64,000 bases of DNA from a virus: IMG/VR virus record IMGVR_UViG_3300035491_000322, positions 5,034-69,033 of that record; one strand, written 5' to 3'. Position numbers and translations under genes: made by a program. The notes beneath the pieces are model-generated. The model searched no databases, had not been told where the DNA came from, and worked only from the letters and a program-made list of their open reading frames with translations. Below, in pieces: positions 19,442 to 28,651 of the stretch (position 1 is its first letter; every line of letters begins with the position of its first letter).

Positions 19442-21690
19442 GCCAAACCGCCATTACCCATGCCTTCGAGCATTACCTGGCCGAGCAACAGCTGGGCGGC
19501 CAGACCGTGCTGCTGGACGAAATCGTGCTGGCCCACCTGCCCGGGCTCGACCTGACCCAGCCCATCGACCGCGCGGCCGGCCTGCCGCCGGCGGCGCAGA
19601 TTGTGCACCGCCAGGCGGTCGACCAGCGCGGCAAGGTCAACGCCAACGGCGTGGCCTACTCCATCATCATGGATACCCGCATCGGCAACTTCACCTTCAA
19701 CGCCATGTACCTGGTGAACAACGCCAGCGGCTTGGTGGCCATGGTGGTGCACAAGGAGGAAGAGCAGAAGCTGAAAACCCAGGGCGGCCAGACCGGCAAC
19801 AGCCTGGTGAAGTCGATGCTGATGGAATACCAGGGCGCCGCCCAGGCCACCGACACCCAGGTGGACGCCGGCACCTGGCAAATCGACTTCTCGGCCCGGC
19901 TGCTCGGGCTGGACCGGGACATTCAGCTGCAGGCCCTGGATCATTACGGCGAGGCCGCCTTTATCCAGGATGGCTTTGCGGTACGCCCGGGGCCGGGCGT
20001 GGACGAGTTTGTGGTGGCGCCGGGCCTGGGCTACATCGCCGGCCTGCGTGCCCTGCTGGCCGGCGAGCAGTCGCTGGTGGTGAGCCAGCGCCCGGCCACC
20101 CTGTACGCCGATGTGTACCATGCCGGCACCCTGCTGTCGGACTGGCATACCCAGGTGCAGATCCGGGCCAGTGCCACCCCGCTCGCCGATTACGTGGACG
20201 GCGCCGGTTACCCCCACTACGTCACCCCGCTGGCCCAGTTGGCCGCGAACGGCACCGTCACCGATCTGCGCGGCCGCGGCGGCCTGTGGTGGCACGAGAA
20301 CCGGCCATTGGCCCACACCAAGGCTCAGGTCGGCCTGGGCAACGTGGAAAACTACCCGCTGGCCAGCCAGGCGGAAGCGGAAGCCGGCAGCAGCAGCGCC
20401 CGCTACATGACCCCGTTGCGGGTCAAGCAGGCCATCGACAAGCTGGTCGGCGCCGCCACCCAGGCCCTGATCAATACCAAGGAAACCCCGGCCGGCGCCC
20501 AGGCCAAGGTCAACGCCCACGCCAACCGCACCGACAACCCCCACGGGGTGACCAAGGCCCAGGTGGGGCTCGGCTCGGTGGAGAACTACCCGCTGGCCAC
20601 CCAGGCGGAAGCGGAAGCCGGCAGCAGCCTGGTGCGCTACATGAGTCCGCTGCGGGTTAAGCAGGCCATCGACAAGCTGATCGGCGCCGCCACCCAGGCC
20701 GCCATCAATGCCAGGGAAACCCCGGCCGGCGCCCAGGCCAAGGTTAACACCCACGCCAACCGCACCGACAACCCCCACGGGGTGACCAAGGCCCAGGTGG
20801 GGCTCGGCTCGGTGCAGAACTACGCCATGGCCACCCAGGCCGAAGCGGAAGCCGGCAGCAGCTCGGTACGCTACATGAGCCCGCTGCGGGTCAAGCAGGC
20901 CATCGACAAGCTGATCGGCGCCGCTACTCAAGCCGCCATCAATGCCAGGGAAACCCCGGCCGGCGCCCAGGCCAAGGTCAATACCCACGCCAACCGCACC
21001 GACAACCCCCACGGGGTGACCAAGGCCCAGGTGGGGCTCGGCTCGGTGCAGAACTACGCCATGGCCACCCAGGCCGAAGCGGAAGCCGGCAGCAGCTCGG
21101 TACGCTACATGAGCCCGCTGCGGGTCAAGCAGGCCATCGACAAGCTGATCGGCGCCGCCACCCAAGCTGCTATCAATGCCAGGGAAACCCCAACCGGCGC
21201 CCAGACCAAGGTCAACGCCCACGCCAACCGCACCGACAACCCCCACAGCGTCACCAAGGCCCAGGTGGGGCTCGGCTCGGTGCAGAACTACCCGGTGGCC
21301 ACCCAGGCCGAAGCGGAAGCCGGTGCCGCCAGCAACCGCTATATGACCCCGCTGAGGGTGAAACAGGCGATTGGCAAATTCGCATTTACTCCCACCGGGG
21401 AAGCCTTTGCCGACGGCAGTGGCTGGGCAGTAATCGGTAGTATTTCCACCCCACAAGGTGTGAAGCCCCTGATCAAACAGTGGGGGGATATATCCATTAC
21501 AAACGGAATGAAGATCAACTTCCCAATCTCATTTCCAACAAAGGTCACTGATATTTACCTGACAGACCAAGACACCGGTGCATCAAGCCATGAGCTACAC
21601 ACCGTTAGAATCGATAGCCCTTCATTGACAGGGTTCATCATTAACGCCGCAGCAGCAGGCATTACCTACTGGCAAGCATTCGGATACTGA
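19438..21690 (+). CDS. Tail fibre protein with 78-aa tandem repeats and a variable C-terminal tip
   Basis: N-terminal baseplate-attachment region; TKAQVGLG(N/S)V repeats; C-terminal LIKQWG..FPISFP..YWQAFGY. Confidence 0.9.
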   Translation: MSQTAITHAFEHYLAEQQLGGQTVLLDEIVLAHLPGLDLTQPIDRAAGLPPAAQIVHRQAVDQRGKVNANGVAYSIIMDTRIGNFTFNAMYLVNNASGLVAMVVHKEEEQKLKTQGGQTGNSLVKSMLMEYQGAAQATDTQVDAGTWQIDFSARLLGLDRDIQLQALDHYGEAAFIQDGFAVRPGPGVDEFVVAPGLGYIAGLRALLAGEQSLVVSQRPATLYADVYHAGTLLSDWHTQVQIRASATPLADYVDGAGYPHYVTPLAQLAANGTVTDLRGRGGLWWHENRPLAHTKAQVGLGNVENYPLASQAEAEAGSSSARYMTPLRVKQAIDKLVGAATQALINTKETPAGAQAKVNAHANRTDNPHGVTKAQVGLGSVENYPLATQAEAEAGSSLVRYMSPLRVKQAIDKLIGAATQAAINARETPAGAQAKVNTHANRTDNPHGVTKAQVGLGSVQNYAMATQAEAEAGSSSVRYMSPLRVKQAIDKLIGAATQAAINARETPAGAQAKVNTHANRTDNPHGVTKAQVGLGSVQNYAMATQAEAEAGSSSVRYMSPLRVKQAIDKLIGAATQAAINARETPTGAQTKVNAHANRTDNPHSVTKAQVGLGSVQNYPVATQAEAEAGAASNRYMTPLRVKQAIGKFAFTPTGEAFADGSGWAVIGSISTPQGVKPLIKQWGDISITNGMKINFPISFPTKVTDIYLTDQDTGASSHELHTVRIDSPSLTGFIINAAAAGITYWQAFGY
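20317..21375 (+). repeat. 234-bp tandem repeat x4 plus a partial fifth copy, inside the tail fibre gene
   Basis: ACCAAGGC(T/C)CAGGT recurs at 20317, 20551, 20785, 21019, 21253. Confidence 0.95.
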
Positions 21691-21691
21691 T

Positions 21692-22234
21692 ATGAATTAT
21701 GACTATTCCCCCTCTGCGAATAGCTTTTTTCCTAATGGGTTGGCAGTGTCCGATGACGCCATCCCCTGCCCCCGCGAGCGTTATATGGCTACGCGCAATC
21801 CATCCCCGGGCAAACTCCGCCAACCGGGCCCGGACGGTCTGCCGGAGCTAGTGGACGATCCCGACTACCAGCCGCCCGGGCTGGCCGATGTTGTGGCCAC
21901 CAAACACGTCGAAATCAACGCCTGGCGCGACCAGCAGGAACTGACCACCGTGGCGCACAATGGCCATCGCTGGGACGCCGACCCCACCAGCCGTGCCCGT
22001 ATCGAGTCGGTGCTGCTGGCCGGTGCCATGCCGCTGGATTACTGGACCGACGCCGACAACGTGGACCGGCCCATGACCCTGGAACAACTGCGCGCGCTGT
22101 ATGCGGCCATTGTCCAGCAAGGCGGTCGCATTCACGACCGGCAACGGCAGATGAAGGCCGAGGTGGCCGCCCTCACCACCATCGACGCCGTACAGGCCTA
22201 CCCCATCGGCTGGCCCGACGAGGCAGGCGCATGA
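21692..22234 (+). CDS. Tail fibre assembly protein (DUF4376-like)
   Basis: KHVEINAWRD, WDADPTSRARI, WTDADN, RQRQMKAEVAALTTIDAV. Confidence 0.8.
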   Translation: MNYDYSPSANSFFPNGLAVSDDAIPCPRERYMATRNPSPGKLRQPGPDGLPELVDDPDYQPPGLADVVATKHVEINAWRDQQELTTVAHNGHRWDADPTSRARIESVLLAGAMPLDYWTDADNVDRPMTLEQLRALYAAIVQQGGRIHDRQRQMKAEVAALTTIDAVQAYPIGWPDEAGA

Positions 22235-23121
22235 GCTGGAGCCAGACCACCCTCACCTGGCCGCCGAGTGCGGCCAGTATTGAACAGGCCCTGGCCCCGA
22301 CCCTCTCGGCCCTGCCCGGCGCGGGCCAGAGCGCCCTGGCCCGGCTCAACCAAGCAGCGGGCAGCGTCGGGTTCAACCGTCATGCCCTGAGCGAGCAGGC
22401 CGCGGGCCGGCTGGCGTTGCGGGCCCAGTTGGAGCAACTGCTGGTCGACGGCCTGCGCCTGACGGTCACCCCCTACGATCACGACGTCGGCATCGCCACT
22501 GATAACGGCCACTACCTGGCCCCCGGCAATGCCGCCCGCCGGCTGGCGGACAAGCTGCAGGACAGCACCGATCCCCACTGCCCCGGCGGTACGCTGCACG
22601 CCGTCGGGGTACTGGTCACCGCCACCGCGCTCGGCGAGTTCGCCGAGGCCCTGCGGGTGCTGACCGCCGTGCTGCCCCTGCCCGAGCTGGCCGCCTGCGC
22701 CCGGCGCGCCGCCGCCGAGCAGGGCCACCTGACCGCCCGCATGGCGATTCCCGGCCGGGCGCTCACCCCCAAGTGGGTGCCGGGGCGGCTTCACAGCAGC
22801 CCGCTGCGCCCGGCCCTGGCGGCACTGGGGGCCCAACTGACCCAGCTGGAATCCCTGGCCGCCGATGCCACCAGCCCCATCGGCAAGCTGGAGGCGCTGG
22901 CCGCCAGGCGCGCGGTGTGGCTGGACGAGCAGCAGCAGGCCCTGGCCGAGCTGAAGGCCGGGATGGGCGGCCGGGTGTTTAGCTTCTCGGCCAGCGGCAC
23001 CCCCGCCAGCCTTGCCGGCGCCCTCACCGGCGGCCTGCCCGGCTATGAGCAGGCCCACACCGCCGCCGTGCTGCTGGTCTCCAATCAACCCCTGACCTTC
23101 TTCAAGGAGCTGCTGCCATGA
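22231..23121 (+). CDS. Conserved HP1-type tail/baseplate protein
   Basis: ATGA coupling; synteny. Confidence 0.65.
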   Translation: MSWSQTTLTWPPSAASIEQALAPTLSALPGAGQSALARLNQAAGSVGFNRHALSEQAAGRLALRAQLEQLLVDGLRLTVTPYDHDVGIATDNGHYLAPGNAARRLADKLQDSTDPHCPGGTLHAVGVLVTATALGEFAEALRVLTAVLPLPELAACARRAAAEQGHLTARMAIPGRALTPKWVPGRLHSSPLRPALAALGAQLTQLESLAADATSPIGKLEALAARRAVWLDEQQQALAELKAGMGGRVFSFSASGTPASLAGALTGGLPGYEQAHTAAVLLVSNQPLTFFKELLP

Positions 23122-23681
23122 TTGCACTGGATGGCGAACTGCTGCGCCTCAAGTCGCCCCGCATTACCCTCAGCATGGAGTTCAAGGAAAAGGACACCTC
23201 CGGCCAGACCTCCGGCACCAGTGGCGCCGAGCAGGGCGAGAAGGGCAAGGAGCTGCAGGTGACCGGGCTGGTGCCGTTTCGGGACCAGGCGGCCCTGGCC
23301 CGGCTGTTCGAGCTGGCCCAAGCCAAGGGCGACGGCAACGAACGCCAGGTGTACCGCATCGGCTGCGAGCTGGCCGAGGCGGTGAAGATTTACCAGGTGA
23401 AGTTTGCCGGCCGCATCCTGGCCCCCGAACAGGAGGGGCTGCTGGCCTGGCGGGTGTCCTTCACCCTGCGCGAACACCTGTCGGTACCGGAGAAGCGGGA
23501 GCTGCGCCGGCCCAAGCCCGAGGCCGTGCTCGGCCAGGCCACCGAAGGCACCACCCCGGCGCTGCCGCCGGCCGACACCGAACAGGGGGCAGACCCCGAG
23601 CTGGGCCGTACCGAAAAAGTGCTCAAGTACCTCGACGACAAGCTGGCCGGCAGGAAGGACACCACCGATGAAACTCAATAA
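23118..23681 (+). CDS. Conserved HP1-type baseplate complex protein
   Basis: KDTSGQTSGT..AEQGEKGKELQVTG, WRVSFTLREH. Confidence 0.7.
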   Translation: MIALDGELLRLKSPRITLSMEFKEKDTSGQTSGTSGAEQGEKGKELQVTGLVPFRDQAALARLFELAQAKGDGNERQVYRIGCELAEAVKIYQVKFAGRILAPEQEGLLAWRVSFTLREHLSVPEKRELRRPKPEAVLGQATEGTTPALPPADTEQGADPELGRTEKVLKYLDDKLAGRKDTTDETQ

Positions 23682-25392
23682 ACGCCTGCGCCTGGGCGAC
23701 CAGGACGTCCACCTGGTGGACGACAAGTGGCTGCTGGAGCTGTCCTCGGCCGGGCGGGGCTTCGTCACCATCGCCGGCACCGCACAACCGAACACCCTGG
23801 TGCGCTTCGACATGGGCTACGGCACCACCCTGCACCGCTGGTTTACCGGGGTGGTGGCCCGGGCCGAGCCGGCCGACAACGGCCACACCCGGCTGCTGGT
23901 CAAGGAACTGGCCTGCGCGCTCGGTACCCGCATCACCCTGAGCCTGCAGCATGCCACCCTACGCCAGGTGATCACCCAACTGGCCGAGAAAACCGGGCTG
24001 AACATCCTGCTTCCCCAGGCCGACTATGTCGACACCCCCATCCCCAACTTCACCACCGCCGGCACCGGGGCCCAGTTGCTGCAACATGCCGGCCGCGCCT
24101 TTCATGTGCCCGAGTTCTGCTGGTACCAGCAGCCGGACGGCCAGATCTACGTGGGCAGCTACCAACATTCCCGCTGGCCGTCGCGCCCGGTCACCCTGGA
24201 AGCCGAGGTCAGCAGCCAGCAGGCCGGCGGCAACAGCCTGACCCTGCCGGTATCGCCGGTGATGCGCCCCGGCGCCCTGATCAACGGCCATCGCATCACC
24301 CAGGTGGAGTTCGACGGCACCCACATGACCCTGCGCTGGCAGGGCCGGGAGAAAACCGCCCAGCAGCGGCAGATGGAGCAGTCCTTTCCGGAGCTGGCCG
24401 CCGGCTTCCACCTGCCGGTGTTCGGCCGGGTGGTGGCGGTGGCGGACCATGCCCGGGCCGGCCAGCTGAACGATCCCTTCCGTCCCCGCTACGCCGTGGA
24501 CGTACAGCAACTGGACGAGAACGGCCAGCCGGACGACGAGGTGCCGGTGTTCAAGGCGGTGCCGCTGCCCGTGCTGTTCGGCGGCCCCGAACAGGGCCAG
24601 TTCCAGTATCCGGTAGAGGGCACCCTGGTGGAGCTGGGCTTCGCCTTTGGCCGCGCCGACCAGCCCTTTATCCGCACCGTGCTCGGCACCGGCTGGCCCC
24701 TGCCCGATATCCAGCCCGGCGAGCAGCTGCAGCAGCAGCGGGCCGAGGTGTACCAGCGTACCGATCCGGCCGGTAACCACACCCTGGCCACCGACCAGAG
24801 CATTCACCACATTGCCGCCCAGCTCAGCCAGCAGGCCGACGACTACCGCGGCGAGTTCGGCAGCCACCACACCACCGTGGCCCAGCACAGCACCGAGGAA
24901 GTGGCCGGCCGCAAGCTGATCGAGACGCTGGGTGCCATCGAGCTGCTGGCCGGCGACGATATCGACCTGGCCACCCTGGCCAATCTGCACATGGTGGCCG
25001 CCGGCGAACGGGTCGACGTGACCGGCGCCGACTACCAGCACGGCATCGGCGGCAACAGCACCACCACCATCCAGGGCAACCGCAGCCTCACCGTGCAGGG
25101 CGACGAACAGCGCTCTACCCAGGGCAACACCACCGAGCAGGTCACCGGCACCCGCAGTAGCACCGCCCAGACCCAGGTAATAAAGGGCGATAGCATCGTG
25201 CTGGGCAACGGTACCCACAACATGCTGGCCCTGATGATCGGCATGATGGCCAACGTCCAGGAAGCCCTGCAGAAGCTCGACGGCCACACCCACCCCGACC
25301 ATGGCCGCCCACCCAACGTCCAGGGCCAGGTGGCCGGCCACGCCGGCAACATCGGCACCATCAAGGGCAACCTGCAAAGCTTCACCGGCTAA
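23668..25392 (+). CDS. Baseplate hub/spike-like late protein (gpD-like N-terminus, spike-like C-terminus)
   Basis: Start MKLNKRL; RPRYAVDVQQLDENG, C-terminal beta-repeat IGGNSTTTIQGN and HTH-P motif. Confidence 0.7.
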   Translation: MKLNKRLRLGDQDVHLVDDKWLLELSSAGRGFVTIAGTAQPNTLVRFDMGYGTTLHRWFTGVVARAEPADNGHTRLLVKELACALGTRITLSLQHATLRQVITQLAEKTGLNILLPQADYVDTPIPNFTTAGTGAQLLQHAGRAFHVPEFCWYQQPDGQIYVGSYQHSRWPSRPVTLEAEVSSQQAGGNSLTLPVSPVMRPGALINGHRITQVEFDGTHMTLRWQGREKTAQQRQMEQSFPELAAGFHLPVFGRVVAVADHARAGQLNDPFRPRYAVDVQQLDENGQPDDEVPVFKAVPLPVLFGGPEQGQFQYPVEGTLVELGFAFGRADQPFIRTVLGTGWPLPDIQPGEQLQQQRAEVYQRTDPAGNHTLATDQSIHHIAAQLSQQADDYRGEFGSHHTTVAQHSTEEVAGRKLIETLGAIELLAGDDIDLATLANLHMVAAGERVDVTGADYQHGIGGNSTTTIQGNRSLTVQGDEQRSTQGNTTEQVTGTRSSTAQTQVIKGDSIVLGNGTHNMLALMIGMMANVQEALQKLDGHTHPDHGRPPNVQGQVAGHAGNIGTIKGNLQSFTG

Positions 25393-25881
25393 GCCCCTGC
25401 CACGCCACCCAGGCGGCCCACAGCGGCCGCCTTCTTGTATCCCCAGCCCACGGCACCCGGCCGGCACAGCCACGGCAGCCGCCCACGCACGCGCTCGCCC
25501 CACGGAAACCGCGCTCCTCCGCGCCCGCCTTCGCGCTTTGTGTCATAAAAATTGGGAAATTCTGCGGGGGTGCAAAACCCACCGCCAGGCCGCGCCGGTA
25601 CTGGGATCTCGGCTTGATCTGAGGATCTGCAACCAGTGAAGGGAATTGCACGAAAATGAAGGAATTAGCGGCCGGCAAGATCACCCGCAGGATCGGCAAA
25701 GCGGCACCGCGCTTGGTGTTCGCGCCGTTTACGTGGGAAAGACAGCCGAGTAGCAAGAGTCACAAGGCATCAACCATCCCACGTAAACCCAGTCCCAGCG
25801 GGCTCTTCGGCCAGATCAACCGGCTGACGGAAATTTCAATCTTCTTCCAACAGAAATGATAACCACCATAACCACCAAAAA

Positions 25882-25916
25882 TTGACCAGCCAACTATCAG
25901 TGGTTACTATAACCAC
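25882..25916 (+). promoter_or_regulatory. hicAB promoter with operator palindrome
   Basis: TTGACC-17-TACTAT; GTGGTTA-CTA-TAACCAC (25900-25916) overlaps the -10. Confidence 0.65.
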
Positions 25917-25941
25917 CAAGAGCAACGAGAATGGAGGACGC

Positions 25942-26130
25942 TTGAAAAGCGCCGACGTAATCCGCCTGCTCAAGGCGAACGGTTGGGAACTGGTGAGGGT
26001 AAAAGGTGATCACCACCAGTTTAGGAAGGAAGGCAACCCCTATGTGGTAACCGTTCCCCACCCAACCAAAGACATAAAAATCGGCACCTTGAAGAACATT
26101 CAGCGGTTGACCGGCATAACAATGAAGTAA
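25942..26130 (+). CDS. hicA: HicA-family mRNase toxin
   Basis: TTG start after GGAGG; GWELVRVKGDHHQFRK..VTVPHPTKDIKIGTLKNI. Confidence 0.92.
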   Translation: MKSADVIRLLKANGWELVRVKGDHHQFRKEGNPYVVTVPHPTKDIKIGTLKNIQRLTGITMK

Positions 26131-26189
26131 GAACAGCGCCCTCGGGCGTTTTTGCCCAGTCATGGAACGAGCATAGAGAGTGGAAGACC

Positions 26190-26221
26190 GACCATAGAGG
26201 ACCAAGACCATAGAGGACCAA
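26190..26221 (+). repeat. 16-bp tandem duplication covering the hicB RBS
   Basis: GACCATAGAGGACCAA x2. Confidence 0.85.
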
Positions 26222-26223
26222 CC

Positions 26224-26628
26224 ATGAACTATCCGGTATACATCCATCAGGATCCAGATGGCAGCGCGAGCGGCTTCTTTCCTGGCGTGCCGGGCTGCTA
26301 CTTTGCAGGCGAATCATTCGAGGAAGCCCTGGCCGACGCGGCCCGCGCCCTGGATGCTCACTTCGAAGTGCTGGCAGAGCTGGGACAAGACATTCCCAAG
26401 CCTACCGCCATTCACGAACATCAGAACGACGAAGACTGCGTTGGCGGGGCCTGGGGTCTAGTCAACCTGGACATCAGCAAATTTGAAGGCAAGGCGCTAA
26501 AGCTCAACATCACCCTTCCCGAACTGCTGGTGGCCAAGATTGATGAATATGTAAAAGCGCACGGAGAATACGGCAGCCGCTCCGGCTTTCTGGCCATGGC
26601 CGCCCGCCATGAGATGAAACACGGTTAA
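26224..26628 (+). CDS. hicB: HicB-family antitoxin (RNase H-like + RHH)
   Basis: YPVYIH..FPGVPGCYFAGESFEEA; KLNITLPELLVAKID..SRSGFL. Confidence 0.92.
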   Translation: MNYPVYIHQDPDGSASGFFPGVPGCYFAGESFEEALADAARALDAHFEVLAELGQDIPKPTAIHEHQNDEDCVGGAWGLVNLDISKFEGKALKLNITLPELLVAKIDEYVKAHGEYGSRSGFLAMAARHEMKHG

Positions 26629-26649
26629 ATTTGAGACTGCGCTTTTCGC

Positions 26650-26679
26650 AAAAAGCCGCCCTTAAAAGGCGGCTTTTTT
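26650..26679. terminator. Bidirectional intrinsic terminator
   Basis: AAAAAGCCGCC-N7-GGCGGCTTTTTT. Confidence 0.85.
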
Positions 26680-26709
26680 GTGAACTTTCTGGCAGGGAAG
26701 AAAAACCGC

Positions 26710-26728
26710 TGTCGCCACTTTGTCGCCA
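26710..26728. other. Candidate integrase arm-type sites of the P2-like prophage
   Basis: TGTCGCCA direct repeat at 26710 and 26721, about 60 bp from the att core. Confidence 0.55.
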
Positions 26729-26789
26729 TTTTGGGGAAACGCTGCAAATCGTGCTTGGGCTAAAATTACTGTAAGTGCTTGATTTTCAA

Positions 26790-26848
26790 TGGTGCCCGGA
26801 GCCGGACTTGAACCGGCACGCTGTTACCAGCGAGGGATTTTAAATCCC
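26790..26848 (-). tRNA. 3' fragment of tRNA-Leu(TAA) (anticodon arm to CCA); att site, not an intact tRNA
   Basis: Minus strand GGGATTTAAAATCCCTCGCTGGTAACAGCGTGCCGGTTCAAGTCCGGCTCCGGGCACCA; no D-arm or 5' acceptor strand in the adjoining sequence. Confidence 0.88.
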
Positions 26849-26888
26849 GTGTGAGATCGGGACGGAGAGCGGCGGCGTGATGGGTTTC

Positions 26889-26949
26889 GGGGAATATTTT
26901 CAGGTGTTAACCCATTGTTTTGGTTGAATACCGGCTTTTAATATTCCCC
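26889..26949. other. Inverted repeat, candidate integrase arm sites of the lambdoid prophage
   Basis: GGGGAATATT (26889-98) ... AATATTCCCC (26940-49). Confidence 0.45.
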
Positions 26950-26952
26950 AGT

Positions 26953-27153
26953 TTATACAGTAGAAATGATAAACGGCGTGGATGGCCAGTGTGGGTGCCA
27001 CACCATCGCGATCTCCGCCTTCCCCCCTGTGTGTTCAGCAGCCATATCAGCAGCCTGCTGCGGCCCTGTCGCCATGATTTTTCCCTCCCAGATTAGAATG
27101 TCCTCCCTCATCATTTTCACGGTAAATTCCACCAGCGCTTCGTTCTTCTCCAT
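26953..27153 (-). CDS. Small hypothetical protein
   Basis: 66 aa, GGGAG RBS upstream. Confidence 0.5.
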   Translation of the reverse strand: MEKNEALVEFTVKMMREDILIWEGKIMATGPQQAADMAAEHTGGKAEIAMVWHPHWPSTPFIISTV

Positions 27154-27382
27154 GTACTCAGCTCCCGTTTGCTATAACGCACGGCCATCATTACCCCAAC
27201 CCGGGTTCCCGCTCAAGTCGCACACATTTGTTAAACCAAGAAAAACCCTTAACTTTCATTTGCTTATAAACAAGAATGTGCAGTTTTGTGGATGATTCTG
27301 GGGTTCTGTTCTATACGATTCAACGGGTTAGAAATGATGCGGCCGGCGGATAAAATGATTTTTTAATTGTTGTTTTTGTGAT

Positions 27383-28651
27383 CTATTTCACTTTCGGTAT
27401 ATCGCTGATCCTCGTGGTGTAGGCCGGTGACAGGTAGGCTCGCTTCATCTGCCAGGGCTTGGCGATGCCTTCGGCGGCCAGAAACACTCTCCCCTTGCCG
27501 GTATGGTTGATGCGGTCCATCACCGTCATCAGCTCGCTGCTCTTGGGCTTGCTGCTGGCAATGTCGAACAGGCCGGGCTGGTAGCTCCCGGGCGGCCAGA
27601 AATCGGTCAGCATGACTCCCGCCTTTTGATAGCGATATTCCGCCCGCCAGATTCGCTCCAGCCCCAAGGCTGCGGCGGCAACCAGCTCCCGGCTGTCATC
27701 TGTAGGTATTGTCAGTTCAATGCAGGACGAGTGGCTGTAGTAAGGCTCGCCTGAGAACGGGCTGGTGCGGATAAAAACCTGCACCAACCGGCAATACTGC
27801 CGCTCCTGTCGCAGCTTTTCGGCGGCCCGGGCGGCGTATTGGCTTACCGCCTCGCGCAGGGGCTGCAGCTCGGTTACCCGGTCACCAAAACTACGGGAGC
27901 TGATAATCTGTCGTTTGGGCTCGGGGTGCTCCTGCAGGCCAATGCAGGCCTGCCCGTTCAGCTCGCATAGGGTGCGCTCGAGCACCACCGAGAACTGGCG
28001 GCGGATCACCTTGCCATTGGCCCGTGCCAACTGCCATGCCGTTCTGATCCCCATCTCTTCCAGCCGCTTGCTCAGCCGGCGCCCTACTCCCCACACGTCG
28101 CCCACCGGGGTAATCTTCATCAGCCGTTGCTGGCGCTCCGGGCTGGTAAGGTCCACCACGCCGCCGGTGGCCGGCCAGGCTTTGGCCGCATGGTTGGCCA
28201 GCTTGGCCAGCGTCTTGGTGGGCGCAATCCCCACCCCCACCGAGATCCCCACCCATTTCGCCACTGTCTCCCTTACCTGCTGGCCAAAATCGGCCAGCTC
28301 CATCACCTTGGCCACGCCGGTCAGATCCAGAAACGCCTCATCAATGCTGTACACCTCGACCCTGGGCGCCAGCATTTCCAGCACGCGCATTACCCTGGAG
28401 GAGATATCGGCGTACAAAGCGTAATTGGACGAAAAAGCTATGCCGCCGGCTCGCTCGTAGGCGGTTTTGATTTTGAAGTAGGGCTCTCCCATCTTGATAC
28501 CCATCCGCTTGGCGAACTGGCAGCGAGCGACCACGCAGCCATCGTTGTTGGAGAGCACGACGATCGGCCGTTCGCGCAGGTCGGGCCTGAACAGTCGTTC
28601 ACAGGAGGCGTAGAAATTGTTGCAGTCTACCAGGGCAAAGGCTTTGGTCAT
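27383..28651 (-). CDS. umuC: Y-family translesion polymerase V subunit UmuC
   Basis: FALVDCNNFYASCE, VLSNNDGCVVAR, YSIDEAFLD, C-terminal WQMKRAYLSPAYTT. Confidence 0.96.
   Translation of the reverse strand: MTKAFALVDCNNFYASCERLFRPDLRERPIVVLSNNDGCVVARCQFAKRMGIKMGEPYFKIKTAYERAGGIAFSSNYALYADISSRVMRVLEMLAPRVEVYSIDEAFLDLTGVAKVMELADFGQQVRETVAKWVGISVGVGIAPTKTLAKLANHAAKAWPATGGVVDLTSPERQQRLMKITPVGDVWGVGRRLSKRLEEMGIRTAWQLARANGKVIRRQFSVVLERTLCELNGQACIGLQEHPEPKRQIISSRSFGDRVTELQPLREAVSQYAARAAEKLRQERQYCRLVQVFIRTSPFSGEPYYSHSSCIELTIPTDDSRELVAAAALGLERIWRAEYRYQKAGVMLTDFWPPGSYQPGLFDIASSKPKSSELMTVMDRINHTGKGRVFLAAEGIAKPWQMKRAYLSPAYTTRISDIPKVK

Larger units (their letters stand above)
1..26789. mobile_element. 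P2-family (HP1/K139-like) prophage, right part; continues beyond the left edge
   Basis: Gene order rep A - cargo - ogr - portal - terminase (minus) / scaffold - capsid - M - L - tail (plus); ends at tRNA-Leu 3' fragment with arm-type repeats. Confidence 0.95.

Noticed and set aside
20317-21375. CRISPR-like array
   Set aside because: Units are 234 bp, in frame, without unique spacers; no cas genes
26790-26880. Complete tRNA-Leu gene
   Set aside because: Similarity stops at the anticodon stem (26848); no D-arm or 5' acceptor strand follows, so it is called an att fragment
26947-26962. Second LexA box (CCAGTTTATACAGTA)
   Set aside because: Only one CAGTA half-site; no CTG at the correct spacing
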